In this document: positions 50,526 to 60,864 of the stretch, piece by piece
Layout: the number at the start of each line of letters is the position of its first letter
How positions within the stretch are numbered: position 1 is the stretch's first letter
Program-made: the position numbers and the translations under genes
NCBI GenBank assembly: GCA_021513695.1
Contig: CP084166.1
Coordinates: 1,920,001-1,984,000 of the forward strand
Direction: 5' to 3'
DNA from: Candidatus Heimdallarchaeum aukensis
GTDB lineage: Archaea; Asgardarchaeota; Heimdallarchaeia; Heimdallarchaeales; Heimdallarchaeaceae
Length of the DNA: 64,000 bases
Notes under the pieces: model-generated
What the model saw: only the letters and a program-made list of their open reading frames with translations
The model's database searches: none
What the model was told of the DNA's origin: nothing

Positions 50526-51578
50526 ATGAAATTTAAGACTCTTGCTTTCTTAATTCTTATAATGTCACCTTTTATTATGACAACAAAAGGACAATTTATT
50601 TTAGCTGCACCTAACACAGAAAAAGAATATGTGATCTTATTTGATGAATCACATGGCCAATATTTTAACCGTACTTTGATGAAAAGTGCTTTAAGTGCCA
50701 TAAATGATAGTTTAAATGTAAGATTTATCTTTTTCAATGAGTCGAAATTTAATTCTACTAATCTTCAGGGTGTTGATTTAGTTATTATTGGAAATCCTGG
50801 AATATACAAGAATTACAATTTGTCTTCGGAAGAGGTTGAGGTTATTCAAGATTATGTTGAAGCAGGAGGTTCATTATTTCTACTTGCTAATCCACTTTCT
50901 TCTGATACAAATATTACAGGACATGTTTCTTCCTTCAACGACATACTTAGTGCAAGATTATCAAAACTATCCTCAGCCAGATTCAGAACAGGATTAGATA
51001 AAAGTTCAACAGTTATAATGGATGATTATCATAATAAATATAATAATGAATCTTTTCTTTCAATAGTCAATTACAATACCTCTGATAATGAGTTTCTTGA
51101 AAAAAATAAGATTTTTGAGCAAACAAGTAAAGTTGAGAATTTAACAGTTTATTCTACTGCAATATCTTTTGACAGACCAGAAAAAGAAAACGCTATAGGT
51201 CGAACAGAAATAACTAGTTACGCATTAGAGAAAGATGGTTCAATCGTTCAAGATATGATAAATGGTTTTCTTGTTTGGTTATTTGCTAAAGAAATAGGAA
51301 ATGCACGAATAGTTCTTTCTGGTTCAACTATTATGTTCAGTGACTTGATAATTTATGAAGATCAGAAGTTTATTGATGAAGAACAAAACAAAGAACTATG
51401 GTTAAACTTAATCAACTGGTTACTACATATAACTCCTTATGAAGAAAGAAATCCTATAGCCATGCCTTTCTACGCTTTAGTTTTGTTAGCTTTAGGTTTT
51501 GCCGCAGTGGTTTTCGTTATCGCTTTATTGTTGTATAGTTACAAAAAACAAAAGAAAATAAATATAAAAATTAAGTAG
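50526..51578 (+). CDS. secreted, C-terminally anchored protein with many N-glycosylation sequons
   Basis: N-terminal signal peptide; at least 10 N-x-S/T sequons; C-terminus MPFYALVLLALGFAAVVFVIALLLYSYKKQKK. Confidence 0.45.
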   Translation: MKFKTLAFLILIMSPFIMTTKGQFILAAPNTEKEYVILFDESHGQYFNRTLMKSALSAINDSLNVRFIFFNESKFNSTNLQGVDLVIIGNPGIYKNYNLSSEEVEVIQDYVEAGGSLFLLANPLSSDTNITGHVSSFNDILSARLSKLSSARFRTGLDKSSTVIMDDYHNKYNNESFLSIVNYNTSDNEFLEKNKIFEQTSKVENLTVYSTAISFDRPEKENAIGRTEITSYALEKDGSIVQDMINGFLVWLFAKEIGNARIVLSGSTIMFSDLIIYEDQKFIDEEQNKELWLNLINWLLHITPYEERNPIAMPFYALVLLALGFAAVVFVIALLLYSYKKQKKINIKIK

Positions 51579-51604
51579 AAGATATTTCATTTTTTATTTT
51601 TTTA

Positions 51605-54600
51605 CTATTGTTCAAGAAGAAAATCTGATAAATTAACAGATTTCTTTTTCTCTGTTTTTCTAATTTTACGCTTTGATTTTTTATCAGCTGATCCATCATC
51701 AGGTAGGAACATTGTTAAAATGTTTTGTTTTAGTACGTCTATCCTAGATCGCAAATATTCTGAAACTGAATATTTCGAAACTAAATAATTGATAATATTA
51801 AGATATTTGGTTACTGATTTTTCAAAAACAGTAAGATTTAGCTTATTTGCACCACATTTTGTACAATATCCGCCCAAAGGAATACGACGATAGGTAGTAT
51901 TACAATTTGTGCAACGTATTTTTTGGCTACCAAATCTACGCATATTACCTATAAGATCTGGCAGAAATTGTTTGAAAATTACTCTTGTTGCTACATCGTC
52001 AACATCAACTGCTCTAATCTTACTAGCTAGTTCTAATTGTGCATCCACTTTTTCTTTCATTGTAGCTAAACGAGTATAAAGAGAAGATTTTTCGCCTACG
52101 AAAATTGAGGAAGTCTCATGACTATAGGAAAAACCTTCATAGGCAGCTTTTGTGTTTAACCTATGACTTACAATGTCAATTAAAGGGAGAACCTTCTTTG
52201 CGGGTAATGATTTCAGTGTAGATTCATAAAAAGACAAAGGATAAGAGTTACCTGTATCAACGTTATGAGACTCATCATCAACCTCAAAGGGATCTATTGT
52301 AGAAACCAAAATTAGCGGGGCATCCATTTGACCGCCTCTAACTTCTGGTAAAAAGAATTTTGAAAAATTAAGAAAAGCATCAAGAGCTAGAAGAATACTA
52401 TCCTCATCTCCATCGCAGTTCATCGTAATGCAACTAGTTGTCTGGAAATTATGTAACATTGTGTCATTTCTTATTGTTTCAACTTCCAAACAATATGAAG
52501 CCTCTTCTTTTGCAATATTATTTATTTCAGCTATTTGGTCACATATAGTATTATGTGCTTCTTTAAGTTCATAATAGTGATTGTTGTATTTTATCCGTCT
52601 ATTTTCAGGAAAACCTTTTTTAATAAATTGTTTCAGTTTTTCTTTTTTATTTTGATTAATTAGATCTAGATGTTGCATTATCCAAAGGTCTGCTCCTCTA
52701 ATAGATATTTTGTGAACAACTGTCTTTTTAGGCTCTTTTCCCAATTCTTTATATTTTTCCAATATTTTTTTGCCAAAATGTCCTTCTGGAGAAGATACTC
52801 TAGATCTTACGAATACACCAATGGTTGAAAAGAGATAAGTTATATCCTTTAATAATTCATTTGAAACAGAATAGAATGATATTTCCCCTACATCTTTTGA
52901 GAGCGTTCCATCTCCATCTAGATAGGCGGAAATAAAAGCTAATTTATATTTAGTTGGTACTGTATAGAGAAAGTTTGGCAAACGTTTTCTATAAGCTCCT
53001 TTCCCCATATTCCATGCATATGCGAAAAGATAGGCTAATATTCTTCCAGAACAAATAACGTTTCTTTCTTCGCTGATATAAGGAGTAAGACCTAGAGTTC
53101 GTTTTATTATTTCCACCAAATATTTTCTCATTTTTTCGTCTGGGATAGAAAAATTAATCTGATAACAGTTCTTATTATCCCGAATATGTCCTTCAGAAAT
53201 GTAATAACCTAGAATTCTCATTAACTCATCATTAAAAGGAAAATAGGGAGAAATAGTAAAATCATCTCTAGCCATCCCCAATCTTGCATCTGAAGGGATC
53301 TCATTCCAGTCAAAAATTCCTTCTTTTTGCAAAAGTTCTAAGTGGGATAAGGGGATAGAATCAAACCAGTGATTAGAAAAGAAGTATGTAGAATGAGGTA
53401 TATCGATTCCTTTTGAAAGAATATAATTTAGAAGTATCTTAGTACATGAAGAAGAGTTAATATTGCTGCTTTTTTCTTGAGAAAGTTTATTGCAGAAATC
53501 GTTTAACTTACTTTTTATCCAATTTCGGGCTTTTCTAAGTCTTACTGTGTGTTTAAATTCAGTAAACTTCTTGCTGTCAGGTAAGTTTTTTGCCAATTCC
53601 TCTAAAACATTTACTACTTTGTTATGTTGAAACCCTAACTCTGGAATCTTTGTTTTAATTGCAATATATTCGCCTATTTGTAAATTTCTTGCTTTCACAT
53701 TTTCGAAATCATTTGTCAGTTCATTCAACACGAGCATATTGTGGTCAGGTGTTACTGTTATTTCATTTCCACTTTTGGTTTTTATTTGCAACCATCTTTC
53801 ACTTTTTCCCTTAATCCAATGCTTGATGGGTTGTAAAATAGAAGAAGAGTTTTTTTGATCTAGACTAATGACCTTCCATTCTTTATGAAGATTCTCAATT
53901 GCAAATGTCCCAAAATCATCTACCAGCTTACTCTTAGCTCCTGATTTTATCTCTTCTTCTACTAGTTCTCCAATACTTTTTACAATGACCTGTTTCTTAT
54001 TTTCGTCCCAAATAAGTAGTTGTTCAGTTGGAAATAAACAATTTCTTCTTTTTGCTGCATGCCAATAAGGATGAGCTAATATTACTTTAGCATCAGTAAA
54101 TCCTATTAACCTTCCAGCAATACCTGCTGAAGTATGAGGAGCTAAACCTATAATTAAATGACCAACTAGGTCATTAATTGTTTTTGCTTTGTAAAAGGGA
54201 GGAAGTCCATACAATCTTTCTAACAACTCATCGATAAAATGAGAGACTTTTAGGAGATATTTACCTCCTTCCTCATTAACAATCACATCTTGAATTTTTA
54301 ATTCTAGTAGCTGATCTTCATTTTCTAGTAAATTCCCATGAATATCGTGTGTATAACCTATAGAATGGAGTTTTGAAATTGAAACACCAATTTCTTTTGG
54401 CTTAAAATGCGTAATTACAGCATCAGTAGCATCAAAACGTATTGTTCCATCACGGTATACAAATACATCGTTTAAAGAACGTAATATCCCTTTTACTATA
54501 AATTCTGGTATACGATGTTTATTCATCAGTTTTTTAACAGCTTTTACATTTTTAGGTAAATCAGAGTTAAATTCTCTTGCAATTTTTCTAAATTCTTCGT

Positions 54601-56776
54601 TAATAGGAAAGGGTTTAGTTTTGTAACTAATTAGAGGTATCCCACACCTTTTACATTTATCGTCATTAGATTCTAACCCACATCTTGGACAAAATTTAAT
54701 GATTTCTGTTACTACATTACAACGTGAACATATGGATAAATGCGTAGTAGAACCACATACATGACATTTTCTTTGTACTAATTCGATCTCTATAACTTTT
54801 TTTTCACTCGCGGAAACAATATTTCTTTGATTACCTCCTGCTTCACCAATTGGAAAAAGTAGATGCACTGGAGGTTTCATCTTTCTACTTTTAGCTTTTT
54901 CTGGACGCCCCATTCTTGCACCAGTATAACAAGGACACTTATCTCTCACTTTAATATATTTGTAGGAGTTAATTATTTCTAAAACAGTTTTTGCTTTATT
55001 TTCCACCGGAAGTAAACTTCCATTTTTAAAACCTAAAGATATTAGTAGAGTTTGCGAATGTTCCCCAAATAAAATTTTTCCATCCCTTATAGAGTGAGGA
55101 ATGCATATTTCTTCCAAAATTGTTTTTATCTCTTTATCATAAGGTAACTCTAAATTTTCATCTTTATTATAGTATGATGATATATATTCACGTAACCGAA
55201 TATATGCAGAAATTGAAATATCATTCCAATGATATGTATATTCAGGATGAAGTGGAATATCAAGTAAAAGCGATAGTCCTATAGCTTCTTCAGCGGTTGG
55301 GATAATGTTCAAGGGGTCTTTTATGAACTTATCAAACTTTTGTTTTTTATTTTTAAAAAACTGATTTATCTCTACTTCAGAAAAATTCATTAACTGCTTC
55401 TCAAGTTCTTTTGCCCACCATTCTTCACAATATCCAGAAGGTACAAGATCATGGTTAAACTGGTTAAATTCACCTACACCATAAAGCATATCTCCAAGAA
55501 AAAGAATCTTTTCTATTTGATCTTTTAATTGAATACCTTCTTCATAGGAATTAACTTTACAAACATTACCGTTTTTTAGAAGCACAATAGGTGGATGTAT
55601 AGAATCCACAGGCATGACAATGGCTCCTTTTCCGGGTCTTTCTGTTCGCAAATGTGTTCCACAAACCAAAAAATCATTTGTGATTGCAAAAAGTGCTGGA
55701 TGTACACCCATTGCAGCTAATCCAGTAATTCTAGAACGCCCATATCTAATCCTAAAACCACCTTTCGCGGATGGATGACTAAAAACTGGCCTTCCACCAA
55801 TTACGTCTTGAATATAACCTGTATCAGGCTTAATAAACAAATTATCTTGCTCAATTTCATGTTTACTTGTACCTTTTTCTTCATCAGTTTCTCCAGAATT
55901 CTCAATATTCTGGCTTGAGTGTATTTGTATTAAATCGGAAAACCAGTCCCAACCCTTTAATTTATGTTTTGATACTCTTTTTTCAAGTTTTTTTACTCTA
56001 CCCACAATACCGTCATTAAAAACTAAACAAGCACCTCCTCTAAGTCTATTAGTTTCAATACGTTTCAAATCTCTATTTCCAGAAACTTCAACTTTCTCAG
56101 TAGGTTCTCCTGTGATTTCAATGGGAAGATTTCTTGCCGCAAATCGCTGCTCCTCTTTAGTTGTGGGAAGTTGTAAATGCATTACTTTGTTGTAAAGATC
56201 TATTTCCTCTACCGTTCGCTCTATTTCTCTCTCTGTAGGTTTATACCTATCAAGTTTTAATGTTCGTCGTATGTGATCAGCCAACAAAACACTCATACCC
56301 GCTGCCGTACCACCAGCAGAGCGTATAGGTCCAGCATAGTAAACAGCTAAGTAGTCGGATCCGTCATCATTTTGCTTAATTTTTACTTTCGCTATACCTT
56401 CAAGAGGAGCTGCAGTGATGCTTTCAGTTATTATTGCCAATGATGTACGGAGTGCTTGCTCGGCGAGCTCAATTTTTTCAGAAGAAAAAAATTTACCTTC
56501 AGCTATTTCTTCTGCAATTTTAAATGCCACGCTTTCGCGAGAGAGACCTTGTCTTTCAAGTTCTCTAATTCTCTTCCCAACCCCTTTAGGTCCAATTAAT
56601 CCTTCAACTCGATCAGCAATATCTTTAGCGATAGGTATTTCAACTTCAGAAGAAGGATCATAACCTTTTTTTCTCGCCTGTTTAGCAATCCTATAAGTTT
56701 GTTCTATCAATGAATTAATTTCCTCAAAATATCCCCTAACATTTACTGAAATTAACTCGTCATCTGATATTTCCAT
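51605..56776 (-). CDS. polC: DNA polymerase II (PolD) large subunit DP2, interrupted by an intein
   Basis: N-terminal DP2 region; CxxC zinc clusters; conserved ...HAAKRRN / CDGDED... junction split by a 541-aa insertion. Confidence 0.9.
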   Translation of the reverse strand: MEISDDELISVNVRGYFEEINSLIEQTYRIAKQARKKGYDPSSEVEIPIAKDIADRVEGLIGPKGVGKRIRELERQGLSRESVAFKIAEEIAEGKFFSSEKIELAEQALRTSLAIITESITAAPLEGIAKVKIKQNDDGSDYLAVYYAGPIRSAGGTAAGMSVLLADHIRRTLKLDRYKPTEREIERTVEEIDLYNKVMHLQLPTTKEEQRFAARNLPIEITGEPTEKVEVSGNRDLKRIETNRLRGGACLVFNDGIVGRVKKLEKRVSKHKLKGWDWFSDLIQIHSSQNIENSGETDEEKGTSKHEIEQDNLFIKPDTGYIQDVIGGRPVFSHPSAKGGFRIRYGRSRITGLAAMGVHPALFAITNDFLVCGTHLRTERPGKGAIVMPVDSIHPPIVLLKNGNVCKVNSYEEGIQLKDQIEKILFLGDMLYGVGEFNQFNHDLVPSGYCEEWWAKELEKQLMNFSEVEINQFFKNKKQKFDKFIKDPLNIIPTAEEAIGLSLLLDIPLHPEYTYHWNDISISAYIRLREYISSYYNKDENLELPYDKEIKTILEEICIPHSIRDGKILFGEHSQTLLISLGFKNGSLLPVENKAKTVLEIINSYKYIKVRDKCPCYTGARMGRPEKAKSRKMKPPVHLLFPIGEAGGNQRNIVSASEKKVIEIELVQRKCHVCGSTTHLSICSRCNVVTEIIKFCPRCGLESNDDKCKRCGIPLISYKTKPFPINEEFRKIAREFNSDLPKNVKAVKKLMNKHRIPEFIVKGILRSLNDVFVYRDGTIRFDATDAVITHFKPKEIGVSISKLHSIGYTHDIHGNLLENEDQLLELKIQDVIVNEEGGKYLLKVSHFIDELLERLYGLPPFYKAKTINDLVGHLIIGLAPHTSAGIAGRLIGFTDAKVILAHPYWHAAKRRNCLFPTEQLLIWDENKKQVIVKSIGELVEEEIKSGAKSKLVDDFGTFAIENLHKEWKVISLDQKNSSSILQPIKHWIKGKSERWLQIKTKSGNEITVTPDHNMLVLNELTNDFENVKARNLQIGEYIAIKTKIPELGFQHNKVVNVLEELAKNLPDSKKFTEFKHTVRLRKARNWIKSKLNDFCNKLSQEKSSNINSSSCTKILLNYILSKGIDIPHSTYFFSNHWFDSIPLSHLELLQKEGIFDWNEIPSDARLGMARDDFTISPYFPFNDELMRILGYYISEGHIRDNKNCYQINFSIPDEKMRKYLVEIIKRTLGLTPYISEERNVICSGRILAYLFAYAWNMGKGAYRKRLPNFLYTVPTKYKLAFISAYLDGDGTLSKDVGEISFYSVSNELLKDITYLFSTIGVFVRSRVSSPEGHFGKKILEKYKELGKEPKKTVVHKISIRGADLWIMQHLDLINQNKKEKLKQFIKKGFPENRRIKYNNHYYELKEAHNTICDQIAEINNIAKEEASYCLEVETIRNDTMLHNFQTTSCITMNCDGDEDSILLALDAFLNFSKFFLPEVRGGQMDAPLILVSTIDPFEVDDESHNVDTGNSYPLSFYESTLKSLPAKKVLPLIDIVSHRLNTKAAYEGFSYSHETSSIFVGEKSSLYTRLATMKEKVDAQLELASKIRAVDVDDVATRVIFKQFLPDLIGNMRRFGSQKIRCTNCNTTYRRIPLGGYCTKCGANKLNLTVFEKSVTKYLNIINYLVSKYSVSEYLRSRIDVLKQNILTMFLPDDGSADKKSKRKIRKTEKKKSVNLSDFLLEQ
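52418..54040 (-). mobile_element. intein (541 aa) with a LAGLIDADG homing-endonuclease domain inside polD-DP2
   Basis: Begins with Cys (CLFPTEQ...). LAGLIDADG motifs GYYISEGH and ISAYLDGDGT. C-terminal block ...LHNFQTTSCITMN is followed by the extein Cys of CDGDED. Confidence 0.8.
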
Positions 56777-56885
56777 TACAAATAATTAATTGGTAAATGG
56801 CTTTTAGTTTTTTTCATATTCGTGAGTTAAAATATTTTACTAAATAGACGAACTATTTTTTAATATTATAAATAAACAGGTATTT

Positions 56886-56998
56886 CCCCTTTCACTGGAA
56901 ATTTTATTGTTATATTCTAATTCAACTTTTGTTGTGAATGGTTGTGAACATGTGAATAAAGAATCAGACTAATTCATCTTCCAGTGGAAATAAAGGGG
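56886..56998. promoter_or_regulatory. candidate replication origin: two inverted ORB-like elements flanking a 78-bp AT-rich stretch
   Basis: ORB-b is ttccagtggaaataaagggg (56979..56998). ORB-a is cccctttcactggaa (56886..56900), the reverse complement of ttccagtgaaagggg. Both resemble the archaeal ORB core TCCAGTGGAAA followed by a G-string. Confidence 0.5.
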
Positions 56999-57291
56999 TT
57001 AGTTAAGAATATATTTAATTATTTAATAAAATGAAGTAGTAAAATAAATCACATGTACATGCCATCTAGCAAGTAATTAAAGATTTTTTTTGTTGTGAAC
57101 AGCGGTGAATGTTTTAAACTCAAGAGTTGTGAAACAAAATAAAGACATTCTAAAGTATTCTGTCGGTTATATCTGTTCACTTATCTTCAAATCATTGTGA
57201 ATTTTGAAAACAACGTATCTGCTAGGTATTACGTTTGCAGTTCTCATAAAAAACCAATAAAGAATCAACAAAAAATCAAAAAAAAAGAAAA

Positions 57292-57726
57292 TCATGCATT
57301 AATTTTCTCAGCTTTATATTTTTCTAATATCTTGGCTATTCTTTCTGCAATTGGCCCTGTACCTTTTACTCCTTCCTCTGAAACTGTGAATCTATCTAAC
57401 ACTTGTATGATTCCTGCTTCTTCTATAATTTTCACATTTTGTGGTTGAAACATAGCTGATAATTCCTTTGCAAGACCAGTAAGATCAAAGGGTTCTTCTG
57501 CCAAAGTTATTTCGGAAATACTCTTCCCTGCAATAAAAACTCTAAATATTTTCACATTATCACTTTCAGCATCACCCAACACAAGATTCAAGGATTGATC
57601 TTGGATTCCACGTAATATTCCAGTATAGACTCTACCTGATTCTAAAATAATTTTTACACGTTTGTTCAAAAGTGCACTCAATTCTAACAGAAATTCTCGA
57701 TTTGGATTACTTGGCATATCTATCAA
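57292..57726 (-). CDS. Sm-like (LSm) archaeal protein with a C-terminal extension
   Basis: Sm1-like segment RVKIILESGRVYTGILRGIQDQSLNLVLGDA. Confidence 0.6.
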   Translation of the reverse strand: MIDMPSNPNREFLLELSALLNKRVKIILESGRVYTGILRGIQDQSLNLVLGDAESDNVKIFRVFIAGKSISEITLAEEPFDLTGLAKELSAMFQPQNVKIIEEAGIIQVLDRFTVSEEGVKGTGPIAERIAKILEKYKAEKINA

Positions 57727-57780
57727 GGTTCAATTTTTCTATTATTAAAAAAATGTTGTTATTTTTGAGCATTTAGTAAT

Positions 57781-59784
57781 TTAGAAATTAATCTCAGACA
57801 CGGTATTTTTTATTTTTTCCTTTGTATTTCGATGTGTTATTGTGTAAATAGGACACACATCAAAACATTTCTCACATTGGACGCAAGTACTAGGGTCAAC
57901 AATCAAACCTTTGTTATTAAAAGATAATGAATAGGTTTTACATTCATCAAAGCACAGTTTACACTCTAAACATTCTTCAGTTCGTAACACAGAAAAAACA
58001 AATTTTTCAACAAAATTTTTCAATTTCTTTTCATTATTTTTTCCCAATCTCAATTTAAAAGTCCCATCAGGATAGAGAAATGCTGTAAAATCATTTTTCT
58101 TTACCTGTATGAAATCTAAACTATTATTATTAACAACTTTTCCTACCATTGAAAGTGTTTTTTGTAGATTTTCAAATTTAGTAATCCTCGAAAAAGAACC
58201 AATTATAGTAGTTTGTTGTACTCTACATTCTGATTCTTCTACATCAATATCATCCAAATCAATAGCCATTTTTCTTTTTTCAATTATAAAGAGATCTTTT
58301 TTATCAAGTGTCAAAATATTTCTAATTTTTTGAGGGATGTGCTTAAAACGCCATAAGCCTTTAGTAATATACTCTTTCGGTAATTTCTTTTTATTTCTCC
58401 ATTTTTCTAATTCTCGTGATAATTTCTTATACAATCGCCTATTATTGTTTTTCAATAAATCAAATTGAGCAAGATTTGATGAAGGACAAACCCAACAGCC
58501 TATGCGTTCATATTGTTTATCATATAAAGGATTGTAAGGTAAGTTATTTAAGAAAATATATAACCAAACAACTAAAGCAGTCCAATTTTGAATAGGAGAG
58601 ACATTTATTTGATTAGGAATATAATGATTTTGCCAGATATCGGCAGTAGCTCGAGCATAAGATTCATAACGTCGTTGACCAACTAAACTTATACATTTTC
58701 CTTCAGGGTAATTCTGGAGTATTAACTCTCTAATAGGAGCTAGCTTCGCAAATTTACAACAATATCTATAATCCCTTCCAGGAGGACCAAATTTCTGAAA
58801 AGCATTCCAAAATGTTTTAGTTTTAACTTTTTTTACTTTTAAATTGTCTTTAAAATTCATTTTTTTACTTAACCTTTTTACATAAGAAACTGTTTGAGGA
58901 AATTCTATTCCAGTATCTACAAAAAAGATTTTCAAGTCTTCCTCTGGTAAAGCTTTTTGAGCTAAGTCTAAAGTAACCAAACTATCCTTTCCGCCACTAA
59001 AACTTACAGCCACAGGTAGCTTTAACTCCTCCTTTATTCTTCTGATAAATTGAACAGCTTCTTTAGTAATATCATTAATTATACTTGAATTTGCTTCAAT
59101 TACTTCATCCCATGTCGTTTTCTTTATTTTTCTTAGAGTTCTATTTTTTATGGTGACATAATTTTTTGCATAAGTCCCTCTTGCTTGTTTTTTTCTTTCT
59201 ACTTCATTAATTTTGGCTATGCCCCCAGCAATTACGTTTTTATTCTTATCCAAAATTGCAATGTAATTATCTTTTCTTATTCGACGATCTGCGTCGATAA
59301 TTCCAGGAATAAGCGCATTTGAGCCATTTAAAATGTTATTAATTGCACCATCATCAACAATTACCCAATTTTTTCTAATCTCTTTTTCTATCAATAAAAG
59401 TCCATAAGCATTTAATTTAATGGTCCAATGCCTATAAACTAGATCATATCGCCTTATTCCAATGATATTACCATAATAAACTATTTCATCCATCTGATCC
59501 TCTGAACCCACATGGTTGAGCAGTAATACGTCATCTAAAGAAAATATCTTTTTTCTTACTCCAAAATTCCGTTTTATTAGCTTTAATATTTCCTTTATAT
59601 CCTGTTTTGTAGCTGGGCGAACATCATAGGGAGGAGTTATTGGGATTTTATTTAATTTCTTCCCGCATTTAGGACAAATATCAGACTTAACAATTGGTAG
59701 AGAACAATCACTACAAAAATAGAGAATATTTTTTCCTAAATAGGGAATATTCTTCTTTTTCTTTCGTTTTTTCTTTTCTTGCAT
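57781..59784 (-). CDS. PAPS-reductase-family PP-loop ATPase with an N-terminal zinc ribbon and C-terminal 4Fe-4S ferredoxin domain
   Basis: PP-loop VAVSFSGGKDS. Ferredoxin-type cysteine motifs CLECKLCFDECK and CVQCEKCFDVCP. Confidence 0.6.
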   Translation of the reverse strand: MQEKKKRKKKKNIPYLGKNILYFCSDCSLPIVKSDICPKCGKKLNKIPITPPYDVRPATKQDIKEILKLIKRNFGVRKKIFSLDDVLLLNHVGSEDQMDEIVYYGNIIGIRRYDLVYRHWTIKLNAYGLLLIEKEIRKNWVIVDDGAINNILNGSNALIPGIIDADRRIRKDNYIAILDKNKNVIAGGIAKINEVERKKQARGTYAKNYVTIKNRTLRKIKKTTWDEVIEANSSIINDITKEAVQFIRRIKEELKLPVAVSFSGGKDSLVTLDLAQKALPEEDLKIFFVDTGIEFPQTVSYVKRLSKKMNFKDNLKVKKVKTKTFWNAFQKFGPPGRDYRYCCKFAKLAPIRELILQNYPEGKCISLVGQRRYESYARATADIWQNHYIPNQINVSPIQNWTALVVWLYIFLNNLPYNPLYDKQYERIGCWVCPSSNLAQFDLLKNNNRRLYKKLSRELEKWRNKKKLPKEYITKGLWRFKHIPQKIRNILTLDKKDLFIIEKRKMAIDLDDIDVEESECRVQQTTIIGSFSRITKFENLQKTLSMVGKVVNNNSLDFIQVKKNDFTAFLYPDGTFKLRLGKNNEKKLKNFVEKFVFSVLRTEECLECKLCFDECKTYSLSFNNKGLIVDPSTCVQCEKCFDVCPIYTITHRNTKEKIKNTVSEINF

Positions 59785-59788
59785 TGCA

Positions 59789-60808
59789 TTATACCTGTTT
59801 TAGTAATCTCATCAACACCCTAGGTAAGGAATTATAACTTTTTATTTCGGCAAATTTTCCTCGTCCTAATCTTGCAAGATCTTTGCATAACCTAGTTCCC
59901 CAATCATGTTTTGATGGAAGTGCAATAACATGTAATTTAGGATAATACATTAAGTATTTTCGGGGGTCTCCTCCTCTGTTGAATGCACCATCTGTTATTA
60001 AAATACCAAATTTATTCTTTCTTTTTATTTTCTCTAATTCAAGACCACCATATTTCAATCCTTCAGCAATATTTGTATAACCAGCACTCTCACTTTCTAA
60101 TATTCTATTTACTAATTCATCGGTTCTTACTCTTTCTTTCATTCTTTTAATCACAGTTGCTTTTGTATTGAACAATACTACACTGAAATTATCGCGTGCT
60201 AGGTTGTAGGCCATAACTGCAACAGCAAGAGCAGCAGTTGTAAATTTTTCACCATATAAAGAACCTGAAGTATCAAAAATCAATACGGCTGTTTTTAACC
60301 TCTCTTTTCTTTCTAAAGCTACAATATCTTCCCTATGCAATATTCTACTTCGATTTTGTAAGAATCGTTCTAGGGTTTCATCAATATCAAATTCATCTAA
60401 ACCAGGTTCAAACTCTGTTTGTTCAAAAACCTCTCCACGAATACCTTGACCAGTTATACCGTAAGCTGTTTTCAAGATTACTTGCCTAGCCAATCTCCTG
60501 AAAATAGGCCTCATTTTATCATCTATTGCTGTTCTTAGCATGAAAAACAATTCTGGAGCACTACTATCTCCTTTTGCAGCTCTTCGAGCTAGAAGGGTGT
60601 AGCCTTTTTTTGAGTTCAAAGCTTCTGCTACAGCAAATTTATTTGATATAGCTAATCCTTGAATAGCAGGCATATTGTTTACATCAATAGCTAATTCGGT
60701 CTGTTTTTTTATCTCATAGAAACTCATTCCATCTGAAAGACTAGAATATACAGATGGATTCCTTTTACCAGAGACTATTTCTGCTTCAAGTAGTTTGTTT
60801 TTATCCAT
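59789..60808 (-). CDS. von Willebrand factor type A (vWA) domain protein
   Basis: MIDAS motif VLIFDTSGSL. Paired with the adjacent MoxR ATPase. Confidence 0.7.
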   Translation of the reverse strand: MDKNKLLEAEIVSGKRNPSVYSSLSDGMSFYEIKKQTELAIDVNNMPAIQGLAISNKFAVAEALNSKKGYTLLARRAAKGDSSAPELFFMLRTAIDDKMRPIFRRLARQVILKTAYGITGQGIRGEVFEQTEFEPGLDEFDIDETLERFLQNRSRILHREDIVALERKERLKTAVLIFDTSGSLYGEKFTTAALAVAVMAYNLARDNFSVVLFNTKATVIKRMKERVRTDELVNRILESESAGYTNIAEGLKYGGLELEKIKRKNKFGILITDGAFNRGGDPRKYLMYYPKLHVIALPSKHDWGTRLCKDLARLGRGKFAEIKSYNSLPRVLMRLLKQV

Positions 60809-60864
60809 TCGACCTCTGTAAACGTATGGCTTTTGAAGATCAAAGCTTATGTCCCCCCCCTCTG

